64,000 nucleotides of DNA from Eledone cirrhosa. Taxonomy: Eukaryota. The stretch lies in assembly GCA_964016885.1 (NCBI GenBank), contig OZ024743.1, forward strand, positions 310,062,001-310,126,000, given 5' to 3'. A program made the translations under genes and the position numbers. The notes beneath the pieces were generated by a model. That model saw only the letters and a program-made list of their open reading frames with translations. It was not told the DNA's origin and ran no database searches. Shown here one piece after another: positions 1 through 13,280 of the stretch (positions are counted from its first letter, which is position 1; every line of letters begins with the position of its first letter).

Positions 1-624
1 GAAATAACCATCTTTATAGTATTGATATCTTTATCATGGAAATAATTTGTTATTCGTTTCATGTTTACCAGGATTTTCTTTATACATTTTAATCAATTAT
101 ATGCAAAAATATTTTATATGGTTGTATTTGTTTGACCAATCTTAACATTCCTATCATATATGTATAGTTTTCATCATCTGCCTTCTTTATAGATACTATG
201 ATTTGCTATATTGTCGTAAATATCGATCAGTTCTTTATAGAAATACCACATTTGTAAATTACAATTTTATGTGCATTCATTTTTTCATCCTATATAATCC
301 TATTTCACATAATTTACGATGTACAGCTTCAGCCAAAATAAATGGCTTTGAGTTCCTGACGGGGTCATTAGGGCTTGCGGCAAGGTTAAGATTCTGAGTT
401 AAAATAAATTTACTTCAGTAACAATTTTGCAAACATCATTAATGCTCTATAAAATAAATTATCTACAAATCAATTTCTGTTGCCATGCAGTAAGTTTTAT
501 GATTAATGATCGATTCTGGAATCGGAAGCTCCACATATATGTGTTAACATGTAGACTCGCGTCTACGGACGCAATTAATTTGCTCCTTTAATACCTATAT
601 ACATATATAGGCACAATCAAGTTT

Positions 625-935
625 GTTGTGTTGTTGAAAAGTTCGTTTCGCAACCATGTGATTTCGCATTATAGTTTCAATGTATGTCAACATTGTTCGA
701 TGCTTTGTGGAATACGGTGACTCTGCGGAAATAGGTCGTATTGGTAATAATGTTCCATCCTTTACTAGAGTTAATGTTCTGTAACGTACCCATTAAAAAC
801 AAAGAGATTGATGAAAGAAAGTCAATACCAGTCTGAAATATTTGTATCGGTTGGATATTATCAACCAATTCGGGCGTTGCCCAAGCATGGTGACAGTCCT
901 ATGACTGAAACAAGTAAAATGTAAAAGGGTAAAAT
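625..935 (+). mobile_element. Degenerate SINE with a LINE-type 3' tail
   Basis: Ends in CCAAGCATGGTGACAGTCCTATGACTGAAACAAGTAAAATG-TAAAA repeats; the same tail motif recurs at 50205-50270. Confidence 0.5.
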
Positions 936-2339
936 ATGATATGGTTATATATCTATAATCTCTGTAACGTTAGCTCTACGATTATTCTTTAGGTATCTAT
1001 AACCATAATTTCAATAACTTTATTTTACTCTGCTCCTGTTGTTTCAATTCTGATACCAATGTATTAATAAATTTCACATAATTGTAAATGTTTGAAATGT
1101 TTCACCTGTAATTGTACTGGCAAACTACTAAAGTTGAATGTCAATAACTAAGCTAATATTTCACTCACGATCAGAGGCAATGCATGGTAAACTCGCTTGA
1201 ATTAAACAGCCAGAAACGCCCCTTCATTCAGATCTGTTAATTTAGTAACTTTATATATTGATTATTCGTTGCGACAGAATTACCAATACATTTCATTAAA
1301 CAAGTTGTATGGTATTATGTTTCGGCATCATTATAATATCCATGCATGTATCTGCATATCCATCTATATTATACTTCTTTATTCATATATTCATAATTGT
1401 GATACATCTGTATCAAACGATCATTTCAGTAATATCGTGGCAGAAATAGACATAATAGGTGAATATTATTCCTTTACTAACTACATTAACACCCTGTTGG
1501 CATACAATATGTAACCATACTGTCTACGTTTCTGGGATCTTATATTCAGTATTAATTCATACAGCATGTTCACGCTTATTCTAACCCAGTTGTGCGAACG
1601 TTGAAAGAAATTATATGCAGATAATATTTCATTAAAACGTTTCTTTTGTCGTTACTCTAACGGTATCTGGCCATCTTAAGAGGTCAATCTGCATATGCCT
1701 TTGACCTTTACTCTCTTGATATCCGTAACTCATTTCCCATCTATATTACTCTTTGTTACCATTATTACTGCACTTTGTACATACATTTCCTCTCAGAAAT
1801 GTAACGTACTGGAACCTACATTCTTGCCTTATTCTTCTTCTGTTTACAAGTTTTCAAACTGAGTAGTTAACATATCAACTCTACCTGTCTCCGGGCATCT
1901 AAATATTATATTGGAACTACCTTTCATCCAATGATTAATTTTCTAATTATTCACATTATAGCCAGGCTCCTTTGTTGTATTGTTGACTTACTAACAAAAT
2001 TAAAAAATGCTACTATATTTATGATGAAATAAATTCTTTTTTGTGTGGAATCAATATATTTTTCTTACAAAGGCACACAAAGCAAACATCACCAGTAATC
2101 CGAAAATGAGGTTACCGACACACGATAACAAAGCAAAAATCTAATATCCATTCAAAAGACAATGTTAAAATATGTAATACGAACATATTGGAATATTGGA
2201 ATTCTTTAGTATGTATCAACTTTGAATTATACATCAGTATCGTCTAAATGCATATAGGAAACATAAGTAAAGCTATATAGACACATTTCTTACACTGCGC
2301 CTTTATGCAAATATTTCATAGATTGGTAAGTTTAGTATT

Positions 2340-2830
2340 CAGACAGTCTGGTAGCCAAAACGTCTGTCTGGTTCGCTCTATCGTGCCAAAACATTTTCCA
2401 TACCTACACGCATAACTTTACTATTCGTCCTTGTATTGAGTACTGTTGCCACATTTGGTCTAGTGTTTCTACCATGAACCTTGAAAGTTTAGATAAGATC
2501 AAACGAAAAATCTTCAACATAATTGGTCCTGACTTATCATGTCAGCTTCAAAATGTTGCATCACTGTACCTTTCCTATTAATATTTTCATGGGAATTGTT
2601 CTGATTAACTTTCGTCTTTGTTGCATCAACTTCACAAGTTTAAACGAAACACAATTGGCGGCTAGGTCACATCTATTTACTGTTGAAATTCCTAAATGCA
2701 ATCAGAAAATCTATTCTGATAATTTCTGTCTTCGCACATCTCGCCTATGGAATTCTCCTCCACCTGCTTTGATTCCTGGCCACTAGAATTTGCAAAACTT
2801 CAAATGCAATATCAGTTATCATTTTCTCTC
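2340..2830 (+). pseudogene. CR1/L2/Jockey-group LINE ORF2 C-terminal remnant
   Basis: Translates to IRPCIEYCCHIWS and FTVEIPKC...YSDNFCLRTSRLWNSPP, typical of the post-RT region; frame broken. Confidence 0.7.
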
Positions 2831-3369
2831 TCTTTGAATTAGATTCTCTCTGTCATGTCATTTATCGTTTTCGGTAACCACTTGCATTTTAATGGCTTTA
2901 TTTCCTTGCTTGAGGAGAGCAAAAATAAAAGCCCCCCTCCTCCAAAAAGAAAAGAACCGATTGCCTTTCGCACAACAAAGAATAATTGCATTATATATCC
3001 ACTTTTTCAGTAGATTCCTGAAGAGCAACAAAACCACTCATTTTCACCTGTTAAAACATTATGTACTTCTGCATTTGCTTTAACAATTGTTTAATAAAAT
3101 GATGAATCATCTGTAAGATCTGGTAGTGTTATGGCCGAATATAATATGCTATAATGCTTTGCCACAAATTTCTTTTGAATGTTTGTATTAGTTTTCTTAT
3201 TCTAATACATTTCAAGGTCAAGATTTTAGAAAATAATCTGACTTGTCAGTTATTTGATTTTTTTTTCATTTATTTTTATAGTTTAACATTAAATCACTGC
3301 TAGGAAATTGTTTTAAGACCAGTTGCTTGTCTTTAAATGTTTAAAATACGTCTCGATTTAAGAGTACTT

Positions 3370-3565
3370 GACTTCCTCCTAGACACGGTGCCAGTCCATC
3401 GCAGGATTAAACCCGCAGCTATTACTGGTACTCATTTTTTTATAGCTAAGTATACTGAAGTAACGTGAAATAAAGTGTTTTGCTCAAACACACAACCCAA
3501 TCCAGGAGTCGAACCCACGACATTATAAATCCAACACCCCTACTACTAGACCACGCTCCTCCACT
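3370..3565 (-). mobile_element. SINE copy (family B)
   Basis: CCAGTCCATCGCAGG...TACTGGTACTCATTTT...GTGAAATAAAGTG shared with 13820-14120 and 23905-24110. Confidence 0.65.
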
Positions 3566-3904
3566 GTCTATATACATAAGTCATGGACGTTTTGTTATAC
3601 ATTAACAGATTGTGTACTATTTAAGTACCTGGTCACCTCTCTACCGAAATTCACCATATTTTTAACCGTTTGGATTGAAGTGCTGCCGACCTCTCTGTAT
3701 AGAAGAACAACCAACAACAGCCACATCAACCACATCTTGTCTATATAAAAGGTAAACCACCGCACGCCTACATCAATATCCTCACATTTTAAAATTATAT
3801 ATGAAGTGTATTTCGTTAAAAGATTTGATTATGATGATTCAGTGTCTTTGTTTAATAAAAAAAAATTCAGTTAAAGTTATTCAACTTGTTTTCGCCATCC
3901 TGCA

Positions 3905-4200
3905 TTAGAGGTAGACTGCAGTCTAAACTGTAAAGAGTGAAGTATATCACACACTGAACTCTAAATAGTCAGGTAGATCACACAAAGAACTGTAAATTAG
4001 CAGGTAGATCACACAATGAACTGTATATGGTTAGGTAGATTGCATACTGAAATGTTAATGGTCAGGCAGGACTGCACACTGAACTGTATACAGGTAAGCC
4101 GCACGCTAATGTAGCACTGAAAGGTTTTCAATAGAAACTTTCCAGTGGCGTAATTGAACTGAACGCCGCAGGCTAACCAGCCCCGCGTCAAATGAACAAC
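3905..4200. repeat. Degenerate ~31-38 bp minisatellite
   Basis: Recurring AGGTAGATCACAC..GAACTGTAAAT unit. Confidence 0.55.
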
Positions 4201-5469
4201 ATCCACAAGTGAAGAGAACGCCTTCTACTCATTTGATAACCATTCAACTTTAATTTTCTTGAAATATTTACATCTTCGCCTGGTCACAGAAATACTATAA
4301 GAAGAGAAACACGAACCCTTGCTTCGTTGTTCACTGCCACACTGGAATTTATAAACAAGGAAAATCACTTTTATGGCCGATATCTGTGTCAAATAATTAT
4401 AAGTGGAATGTGTAAATGTGTAAACAGACATTCAAAACCTCCACTATTCACGGATCATTAAAACCTGTCTATATTCATCCCAGCAGATAGTGTCATCTCA
4501 CACTATAAAACGTAGAAAAATTCGAATCAAATAGAGAAAAAATATATATGAAGCAATTTCTAAATAAATTCCTAAAATCAAACGTTTTTGATAAATCTCT
4601 TAAGCCTGTTTGAAATCCATAAATATATAATAGTTGAAATACAACTGCAATTAATATCCCAGAAATTCAACGAATACAATTTCTATGATTTTGGACATCT
4701 CTTTTTTTCTGTGTTTATCTTGAGAAAATATTTTGAGGGAAATCTTAGACGTAAATACTTTTTAAACAAAAGCAATTAAATTATTGACATATTAATAGAT
4801 ATCGATTTCGATTTCCGATAATACACATCAATTGAATGGAATGGCAGTAGAAGAATGTTTTATAGTTATGCAGACGAGAAGCTTCTTCATCCACAAAGTT
4901 CTGAATATAGCCAATACCAAAGTATTTGAATTGGAGATTGAAGGTCTATAGAATTTTGAATAAGAAATCGCAGTTATCAACAAACTTTATCTCCTCAGTA
5001 GCGAACACAGTATAAAGGATTCCATTTACTGTTTAATACAAAATCAATACGGTTAAAAAGATAAATATTTATTCATTGTACGCGCTAGGGTGATAAATAT
5101 ATTCAATCGATTGGATTCTGATGATGAGAGGCATGTGCTAATGCATGAGCAGTCCTATTAACTCAGTTAGAAAGATATGAGGTTTAACTTTAATACCTTT
5201 CCCAAGAGGCATTAGTGTTCTGAAATGAAATAGCTACAAACGAAGCTAAAATCGGGTCGTCAATTCGCTTCGCTATAAGTGTAATCTCTACTATATAACA
5301 TTTATCGTGTAAAGTGTGTGCAGTTATTAATCATAACATTTTGTCAGATATATCGCATACACGCCCATATTAAGCTTTACGATCATCAATACAGGTGTCT
5401 TGTACGCAAGCACAAACGTATGTATGCATATATGTATGTATGCATATATATATATATATGTATTATGTA

Positions 5470-5529
<60 letters not shown>

Positions 5530-5533
<4 letters not shown>

Positions 5534-5940
5534 GAGGTTATATTTAATTTGTTGGGATTCTTTTTCTCTCTCTTTCAATATTTTTTCTCTCCCTCTCAAT
5601 ATTTTCCCTCTCACTATTTTATCTCACCCCCTTTTACATCTCCTCTTCTTCCAACAGTTTAATTTAAATATACCGTTGTATTTTCAATTTTTCGAACACT
5701 CATTTGCATAGTCACTCATAACTTTGTATTACCCTCAATCAAATATCATCTCCACTATCCAGGAAGCTTCAACCGTTAAGGTTGTCTTTTTTCCGGGTAT
5801 GTCAATATTTATTTATAAAACAAATCTGTATTTTACCTGATGAAAGCGCACCATAATTTGCCTTGGTTGCCCTTGAAATATATATAATAAAATAATTCTG
5901 GTTTTATAAATATAGTTTCCATTTATTAATATATTGTGGA
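5530..5940 (+). mobile_element. Solo PLE pseudo-LTR, diverged copy
   Basis: Similar to 25325-25950 and 49340-49690; contains an HHR; bounded by (TA)n. Confidence 0.7.
5829..5894 (+). ncRNA. Type I hammerhead ribozyme
   Basis: TATTTTAC-CTGATGA-stem II-GAAA-TATATA-TA-ATAAAATA. Confidence 0.7.
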
Positions 5941-6044
5941 TATATATATATATGTTAGGTGTGTAAGAACAGTATGTAGAGTGTATATATATGTATATAT
6001 ATATATAAAATTAGAATCAGTATTAATGTTCGATATAACCCATA

Positions 6045-6101
<57 letters not shown>

Positions 6102-6125
6102 GTGTGTATGTGTGTATGTATGTAA

Positions 6126-6168
<43 letters not shown>

Positions 6169-6503
6169 GTGTGTATGTATGTATGTATAGTTACATATAT
6201 ATATATATATATATAGGATTTTCTTACGAAACATTCTCTCCGAGTTTGTACGTATGTGATATATAGTTATAAAGGAGGGTTCTCTCATTTTAATTTATAT
6301 TTTTTAATTATAATGTATCAGCCTCACCTTTCTTAATTTATAGGTTCCATACACTAGTGCTATTCCCTGTAAGTTGACAACACACACTTTCTCTAGTGTG
6401 TTTTCTTCCCTATATTATATTTGAAGAGCCCGGGATTCATTTTCCTTTGAGCTCATGAATTACAGGGACTAATACGAGTTTCTGACTCCGTTACTTCAAT
6501 TTA

Positions 6504-6555
<52 letters not shown>

Positions 6556-6558
<3 letters not shown>

Positions 6559-7940
6559 AACGGCCCGTCCGGATGGCGTCAGGTTAGGTATACCGGCGTT
6601 TTATATTTTCAGGAATACCCCTACACTACAGTGCAAAGATACCGCACGCCCTCTCGAGTCAGCGAGGTGGGGGAGTTAACGTGCTCTGATGTTGGGTTTT
6701 AGGATTCCCCAGTTCAGCAGCCAGTACGTTAAAGAAAATTGATAGTTACAACAATAAAGGCTGAACAGAGAACAAATCTTTTAACAAACAATAATTTGTA
6801 CAACCATAATGGAAATTCAAAGTAACAGAGAATATTTAAATTACATTGTCAGAGCCTCAGAGTATACAATAATTTTTATTCGGCCATCTGGAGCATAGAC
6901 TAAGAGATTGTTTGGCGAGCTCTCTCTAGAGCATCCTACATACAATAGACCATGGGAGAATCACTGATTTCGTAGCTCGCCTCGCGGAGAAGCTCTGTAG
7001 ACGTTGAAATCTGGACACTCCTGTCAGGAGCAGGTAAACTGTAGTGACTTAGAGGCCTACCACCAATCTCCAGGACACTGTTTTCAAGACAAATGAGCGC
7101 CTCATTGAAAACGACATCGTATATTACGTTTGGATTGTGTCTGCGTGTGCGGTGGAGGATCTCCTCAGCTAGACTTTCACGGTGATTGTTCCAAAGTGCG
7201 AGGTCGGCGGGATCGCAGTTGTGCAGCATAATAGCAAAAAGTGTTCGCATCTGAGAGGGGACTTTAGCAGTAGCTGCTTCTTGCAGGGTGAGGTGGCTGT
7301 CATCGTGTAACATACCACGCATCTGGCAAGCCAAGCGGTAAGTGGAACATGATGGCCATTGATGGGTTTCAGATCTTGGAAAGACTGTGTGCCTCTGACC
7401 TCAAACAGTAACAGTGACGATAAGCCGTCTGTGCTTTCGTGAAATAAATAGGTTTTTGTTTTTGTGTATGCAAAAATATCTGTACACGAATATATATATT
7501 AAAATAACAGATTAAAGTTTAAGCAAAGAATTGCTGCTTTCACCCTTAACGGGGTCTTCTGAAACTAAAAAAATCATTCTGTGAACGCAGAAGTAAATAT
7601 TTCGAAAAACGTTATCTAATGCAGACGGTCAGACATAGAGAGACATATTATAAAGGTGCTACGTTATAGCTATGTATCTATCAGACAGACTAAAAAAAGA
7701 GGGGAATGTTGTGCGACATCATAAGAAAAAGTGAGGAATGATGTATAACCGGAAGTGTTGACATTTGGAATTTTAAAGAAGTGAATATTTAAATAATGTC
7801 TTTAATTTTTAACAAAATTCAGTAGACAAAAATACCCTCACTTTTTTACTTGGAAACAGTTACATCTATGGTGCAAATTCGGTGGAGTTGGGTCCAGCCG
7901 TTTGGCGGAAAGTTTGTTACCTGCAGCTTTATAGCATAGA
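6556..7940 (-). mobile_element. Helitron/Helentron-derived element
   Basis: Carries a Rep/helicase fragment; 7437-7800 is shared with HINE-like copies at 28-30 kb; ends in GCTTTATAGCATAGAT. Confidence 0.65.
6936..7420 (-). pseudogene. Helitron RepHel fragment upstream of the PIF1-like helicase
   Basis: LACQMRGMLHDD...LQEAA...PSQMRTLFAIML..C.PAD..LW...NEALICLE..V...G..L..YSLP.P matches Helitron RepHel. Confidence 0.85.
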
Positions 7941-8037
7941 TATATATAATAAGAATGTTGAGAAATGACAAATGAGTTGATATATACAATAGTAAAAAGA
8001 AAAGAAAACAGTAGAAAATGCTCATGGGGTTTGCTCA

Positions 8038-8430
8038 TATAATAACAGCAAAACATTTATTCATAAAGAAGAAATTTATCGTACCGGTTTCAGCCACGTG
8101 GGCATCTTCATACTACAGAAGTATATAACAACAATGTATTTAAGTTTATATTAATAAGAATGTGTTATAAAGAAACATGGTTTACATACATATGCCATTG
8201 TTGCAATTATAATCCACACCAACAAAGAGAAAAAGCGTTACACATAAATATGAAGTCTGCTATATATATATATATATGTAAACGATATTTCTTTATAACA
8301 TATTCTTATTAATATACAACTTAAATGCATTATAAATGTTATTATAAATTCCCGTAGTATGAAGATGCCCACGTGGCTGAAACCAGTACGATAAAATTCT
8401 TCTTTATAAATAAATGTTTTGCTGTTATTA
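8038..8430. repeat. Inverted repeat of a pseudo-LTR-like segment with an HHR-like motif
   Basis: 8038-8170 is the reverse complement of 8285-8430; each arm has ATGAAGA-T-GCC-loop-GGC-T-GAAA-CC(G/A)G-TA. Confidence 0.7.
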
Positions 8431-8487
8431 AGTGAGAAAATCCCATTACCATTTTCTAATCCTTTTTACTATTATATATATATATAC

Positions 8488-8520
<33 letters not shown>

Positions 8521-8767
8521 TATTTTGTTTTGCGAGTTTTTTTATATGAAATCGTGTGTCGAAACAATTATTGTTATACTTGGGGAGGGTCATATTGTTG
8601 TAATAATATTGCCAGAAATAATAACTGAACACACTCACTGTTTGGTTGGTTTTCGCTTCTGCATCTTTTATATCTCCATAGTTAATTCATTTGACCATCA
8701 ATGTTTGTCATTGACTGACCAACGGTCAAAAATACAGATATAAATATATATATATATATATAGTCTA

Positions 8768-8808
8768 ACAAAGTTCTTTCGTTGCAGATCTGCAACATCA
8801 TCAGTGGT
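8768..8808 (-). ncRNA. Minimal type I hammerhead ribozyme
   Basis: CA-CTGATGA-T-GTTGCA-GATC-TGCAAC-GAAA-GAAC-TT-TG. Confidence 0.75.
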
Positions 8809-9226
8809 ACTATTATTATGTTTCCTCCTTTTGTGTTGTGTTTACGCCATTTTTATTTTATTAAATTAATTAATTTATTTTTGTCTCCGTCTCTGCACAT
8901 GCGCTTGCGTGTGTGTATAATGTTTGGTGTGTGTGTTTGCGTTTGGGTGTATGTGTTTTGGTTTTTGTATTCTATTTTTGTTTATTAGTGCGTTGTTATT
9001 GTACCTTTGTATATATATATATATATATATATTTATTTATTTATTTATATTTCTCTTAAGTCAGTATTGTTTGTTTGAGTATGGTTGTTGTTGTTATTCC
9101 ATTCATTTCTTTCTGTTTAGCTTTGGCTTTCTAAGCTCTATTTCGCTCGCTTCTCTGATTTGCCTACCTGTTGGGGCATTTCTATGTTTAGATATTATTT
9201 TAATTTCTATGTTGTCTATGTTACCG

Positions 9227-10420
9227 TCATATTTTTGTCTGGCGTGTTCGTATAGTACTGAACCATTTTTTTTGTCCTTTTGATTCTCCCCAGTGTTTGT
9301 CTATTCTTTCTCCTATGCTTCGAGCTGACTCACCTATGTATGTTGTTGTCATGTTTCTGCAGGTACGCCCTGTACATCTGATGCTATAGACTACATTTCT
9401 AATTTTACAGTTTATGTAGGGGTACACTTTACATATAACACATTTCTTATTAGTACAGTGGGTTTTCTTAAAGGGGTATGTTTTGCTGATCAGGGATTTT
9501 ATGGCAGTTCCTGGCTTTTCTACTACTTTAATCTTTAAGTGGGTCTTTCTTAGGGCCTTTCTACATCGGTTAGCTAATTTCACTCCAGGGGTAGCATCCA
9601 TGAACATGACGCTCTGATATCTCTCGTTGTCGTAACATGAGGTGGCTTTCCCTATCTTGTGTTTAGTCCTATCTAAGCTATTCCATGATTTGCTCCTGTA
9701 TAATGGGCAAATTCCTTTCATGTCCACTTCTATGAGGCTCTTATACTTCTCCGTGGCTCCTTTGTATACTCTGATTCTGTCTCTTTGGTTGTAGTCAGAG
9801 AACTGCATTGGTTGATGAAGTGTTGGATGTGTCTTTCCATTTCTGATGAGTTGCACATTCGGGACACGTTCTTCATCACTCGTACCAAGTCTGCGATCTG
9901 AATAATAAACTTAGCACTACTGGACATTGCTGAGCTTTTGAGTATCAGGTATTTGGAGGCCATGGGTTTAGCATAGTGTGAGTGGAGAATTTGGGCCCTC
10001 TCGTCTATAGCATTAATCAAAAGTTCCGTGTCTAATACAGGTAGTCTATTGTTAGGGTGTTTGGAAGGGTAGTCAACAGTTACAGTTATACTCTGGTGTA
10101 TGGAGTTAGCTATCTGCTGGATGCTTTCCATTGTGCTATATTCTAAAATATGTTCGTTAGTAGTCTCTTGTGGGGATGTCCTTATTACTATATTAATATC
10201 GTCTACGTAACAATAGTACATGATGAGGTCTATGGAGTTCTATTCAAGGGGATCTTTGAGTCGCCTTTCCCACCATGCCATAAATAGACTGTCAACATCA
10301 CCAGCTATGCTGACGCCGCCAGTGGCTGCTGTCTCATTTTGGGTGTAGATCTTCTCATTGAATTTGAATATATGGCCCTTTCGGGTAGTTTTAATACTAG
10401 CCCCTATTGAATGCGCAATA
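9227..10420 (-). pseudogene. PLE RT C-terminal half plus GIY-YIG endonuclease, frameshifted
   Basis: YYCYVDDINI (YxDD), LPVLDT, HYAKPMAS, Cys linker CTNKKCVIC, NVVYSIRC...YIGESARS. Confidence 0.9.
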
Positions 10421-10439
10421 TATATATATATAATTGTTT

Positions 10440-10605
10440 ATACTTTTGGCACAAAGCCAGCAATAACCCCAGTGCATTACTGGTGCTTTATTTTATCGAC
10501 TCCGTAAGGATGAAAGGCAAAGTTAACCTCAGAGTGATTTGAACTCAGAACGCAAAGGGACATAACTCTATGCTTCAAAGCATGGTGTCTGAAGCTCTAC
10601 CGATA
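10440..10605 (-). mobile_element. SINE copy (family A)
   Basis: TTTATCGACTCCGTAAGGATGAAAGGCAAAGTTAACCTC...GAACTCAGAACG; further copies at 13115-13280, 19485-19870, 34440-34660, 35995-36200. Confidence 0.75.
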
Positions 10606-10609
10606 TATA

Positions 10610-11090
10610 ATATTCGGTAATCAGAAGACGGAGAGTAGACGTGAAAGACAAACTAGCTATCTTCAAATCGGTATTCCTGCCAATCCTTACCCATGGTCAT
10701 GAATCTCGGGTAGTGACCAAAAGGATACGATCGCGAATACAAGTCGCCGAATTCGGGATGCTCCGAAGGGCCTTTGGTGTAACGTTACTCGATAGAGTGC
10801 GCAGCTTGGAGATCAGTGAGTTACTCCAAGTAGGGCTGCTATTTCTCTGAATTGAGAGACCACAGCTCCGATACATGGGCATGTTGTTAGAATGTCTCGG
10901 GAAAGAATCACTGGACAGTTTGTATGGGCAAACCCAACCTGTAGGAGACCCAGAGGTAGACCCTCAGCATGATAGTTGAATAACATCCATGAGGTTGGCT
11001 GGTCTATCTTGGAGATCCGGCCGGATCAGTTGGAGAGGGTTATTTGTGACTGGACCCTCTCAGGAATAAAGGGTCGAAGACGAAGTAGAA
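10610..11090 (+). pseudogene. RTE-clade LINE 3' fragment
   Basis: KLAIFKSVFLPILTHGHES.VVTKRIRSRIQ.AE.GMLRR..GVTLLDRVRS, followed by RRPRGRP. Confidence 0.85.
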
Positions 11091-11329
11091 TATATATATA
11101 TATATATATATTGTTATACTTGGGGAGGGTCATATTTGCGTAATATTGCCAGAATTAATAACAGAACACACTCACTGTTTGGTTGGTTTTCGCTTCTCGC
11201 TGTCTTTTATTATATCTGCGATCTAACTTACTCGGTCCTCAATGTTGCCATTGACTGACCGGTGGTCAAAAAATAATACAGATACAATATAGACACAAAC
11301 ACATATATATATATATAGTTTACATAATT

Positions 11330-11372
11330 TACATAAATCTTTCGTTGCACATCTGCAACATCGTCAGTGGTG
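11330..11372 (-). ncRNA. Minimal type I hammerhead ribozyme
   Basis: CTGACGA-T-GTTGCA-GATG-TGCAAC-GAAA; paralogue of 8768-8808. Confidence 0.65.
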
Positions 11373-11472
11373 TTATATTCATTGTTCCTCCTGTTGTGTT
11401 GTATGCCTACGCCCTCCCCAAGTATAACAATATCTGTTTCGACACACGATTTCATATAAAAAAACCTCGCAA

Positions 11473-11536
<64 letters not shown>

Positions 11537-11538
<2 letters not shown>

Positions 11539-11780
11539 AAGGCGGGTAAAATTCCCGAGATCCATGGACGAGTTCTCTCCAGCGGTCTCTGTCCCTCATT
11601 ATCGCTGCCATGTCCTGCATCTCCAACAGACCAGTATCTGTCCTTAGGGCATCAACATACGTTAACCTTGGTCTTCCTCTTCTAGTGTGTCCATGTAGGG
11701 GCTCCCAAAGGAGCACTGAGTGCAATGTCAACTCTGGATGTCGGTGAACATGTCCAACCAACCTCAATCTCCTCTGTATA
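11537..11780 (-). pseudogene. RTE/RTE-X LINE 3' end
   Basis: RLRLVGHVHRH...VLLWEP.HG..RRGRPRLTYVD.L..DTG...M.DRDRWR. Confidence 0.8.
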
Positions 11781-11791
11781 AATATATATAT

Positions 11792-12115
11792 ATAGTTTTA
11801 ATATAGATGAGATTCTACAGGACTAGAACTGTTTCATTCTTTAGGCTTTCCAAAATATATTTTGGAAAGCCAGATTCCTGATCATTTCTAAAGAGAGAAA
11901 CTGTTCTAGTCCTGTAGAATCTCATCTATATTAAAACTTTTATAGTCTGTTATGTATTGAGTACCTTACTTACTGTGGTTACCTCCGATTCAACCCGTAA
12001 TAACTTGCCTATATATATATAAGCAAAAATAAACGGAGGAGAAAGCAATTCATTTAAAAACAAGGGTAAATCTTGTTTTTAAATGTATTGCCTACTCCAT
12101 TTATTTTTGCTTATA
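11792..12115. repeat. Two short palindromes of pseudo-LTR-like sequence
   Basis: 11792-11940 and 12018-12115 are imperfect hairpins; related sequence at 14150-14200, 22715-22765 and 37375-37430. Confidence 0.6.
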
Positions 12116-12749
12116 CCTGCTCTGCTTACCTTCTGGGATTAACTCTCATTAAATATTAAGCTCACTATGATATTTAACATTGAATCTCTAAGTAGTGAGC
12201 GCACTTCGCTTTAGCTACAGGCATCTAATATACTATATCATAGTTCTTTCTCTTCTATTCTTATAATATATGCCTCTTTATTTTATATATATACATATAT
12301 AAGAGTGTAGCTGCAAGAAACATCGTCATCATGAAATCTGAACAGGTGATTACAAGTATGTGTGCAACTACTTACAGTATTCCTCCTTGCAAAGAAGCAT
12401 TGATACCAATAAGGATTGACCAGGGGTTTATGACCCGCATTGTCGTATGATCGCCCTACGTTGTCCATGCAGACACCACAACAAACTTGCTACAGCTGTA
12501 ACCCCTCCCACCATGCACCAGTTATTATAATTTACTTTTCCCGAAGGTCAGATATATGTTACAAGATTTAGTCTTTAATTTTAGTGTACATCTGTCATCA
12601 AGGAGGAAATATTTTCTGTTTCTCAATTCAGTTCATGAACCACAATTCTACTGGCCATCTGACAGGTAGGACACAATTGATCTAGTTCCGGCTCCCGAAA
12701 TACCACATACAATGGACGCAGCTACATATTAACTGCAGTTAAATCTAGC

Positions 12750-12960
12750 ATGTGACCAAACAAAAGGAAACCAATCCAAACCAAACTAGTAGGACCTTCC
12801 GGGAACATCCTTCTATTTTTATATACATGTTTGTATTATTTAATCTTTTTAAAGATTTGCTAAATTCTTATGTTGGTCACAACACAAATGAACTGTCGTT
12901 TAAAACATCAGGTGCCATGGGCAGGCCAGTCCTCTCTCAAATTTACCTCAAATAACCCTC
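12750..12960 (+). pseudogene. Highly degenerate PLE-type RT fragment
   Basis: FKTSGAMGRPVLSQIYL resembles RT motif B (QxxGxAMG.P.S). Confidence 0.35.
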
Positions 12961-13114
12961 AAAAGCTGGTAAATACTGATCGATTAGATTTCATGTCACT
13001 CTAAGTTAAGTGTACTGTAGATAAACGCAGAGAAACGTTTATTAGTGGGATTTGCAAGCTTATAGTAGAGATAGTATGTATATAACTTATGTTTTTCTGT
13101 TTTCATTATTACAT

Positions 13115-13280
13115 TATAGACACCATGCTTTGCAGCATAGAGATATAGCCCTTTTACGTTCTGAGTCCAAATCCCGCCAGGTTAACTTTGCCTTTCATCC
13201 TTACGGGGTCGATAAAATAAAGTACCAGTAATGAACTGGGGTAATTGCTGGCCTTGTGCAAAAAGTAGAAAGAATTATAA
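13115..13280 (+). mobile_element. SINE copy (family A)
   Basis: TTAACTTTGCCTTTCATCCTTACGGGGTCGATAAAATAAAGTACCAGT. Confidence 0.75.

Larger units (their letters stand above)
8520..11480 (-). mobile_element. 5'-truncated PLE with a related pseudo-LTR block nearby, with SINE and RTE fragments in between
   Basis: RT/GIY-YIG remnant at 9227-10420; pseudo-LTR 8520-8830 is similar to 11110-11400; HHR in each. Confidence 0.7.

Noticed and set aside
496-535. HHR-like TTAATGA-T-CGATT-loop-AATCG-GAAG
   Set aside because: Both core boxes deviate and there is no convincing stem I
5117-5150. CTGATGA motif
   Set aside because: No stem II or GAAA at a suitable distance
4800-5300. Possible very old RT fragment (QLNGMAV-like)
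   Set aside because: Too degenerate to support without a profile search
11870-11915. CTGATCA-TTTC-TAAA-GAGA-GAAA-CTGTTC HHR-like motif (related at 14160-14196)
   Set aside because: Core G8 is altered and stem I cannot be assigned; probably a decayed HHR, not called
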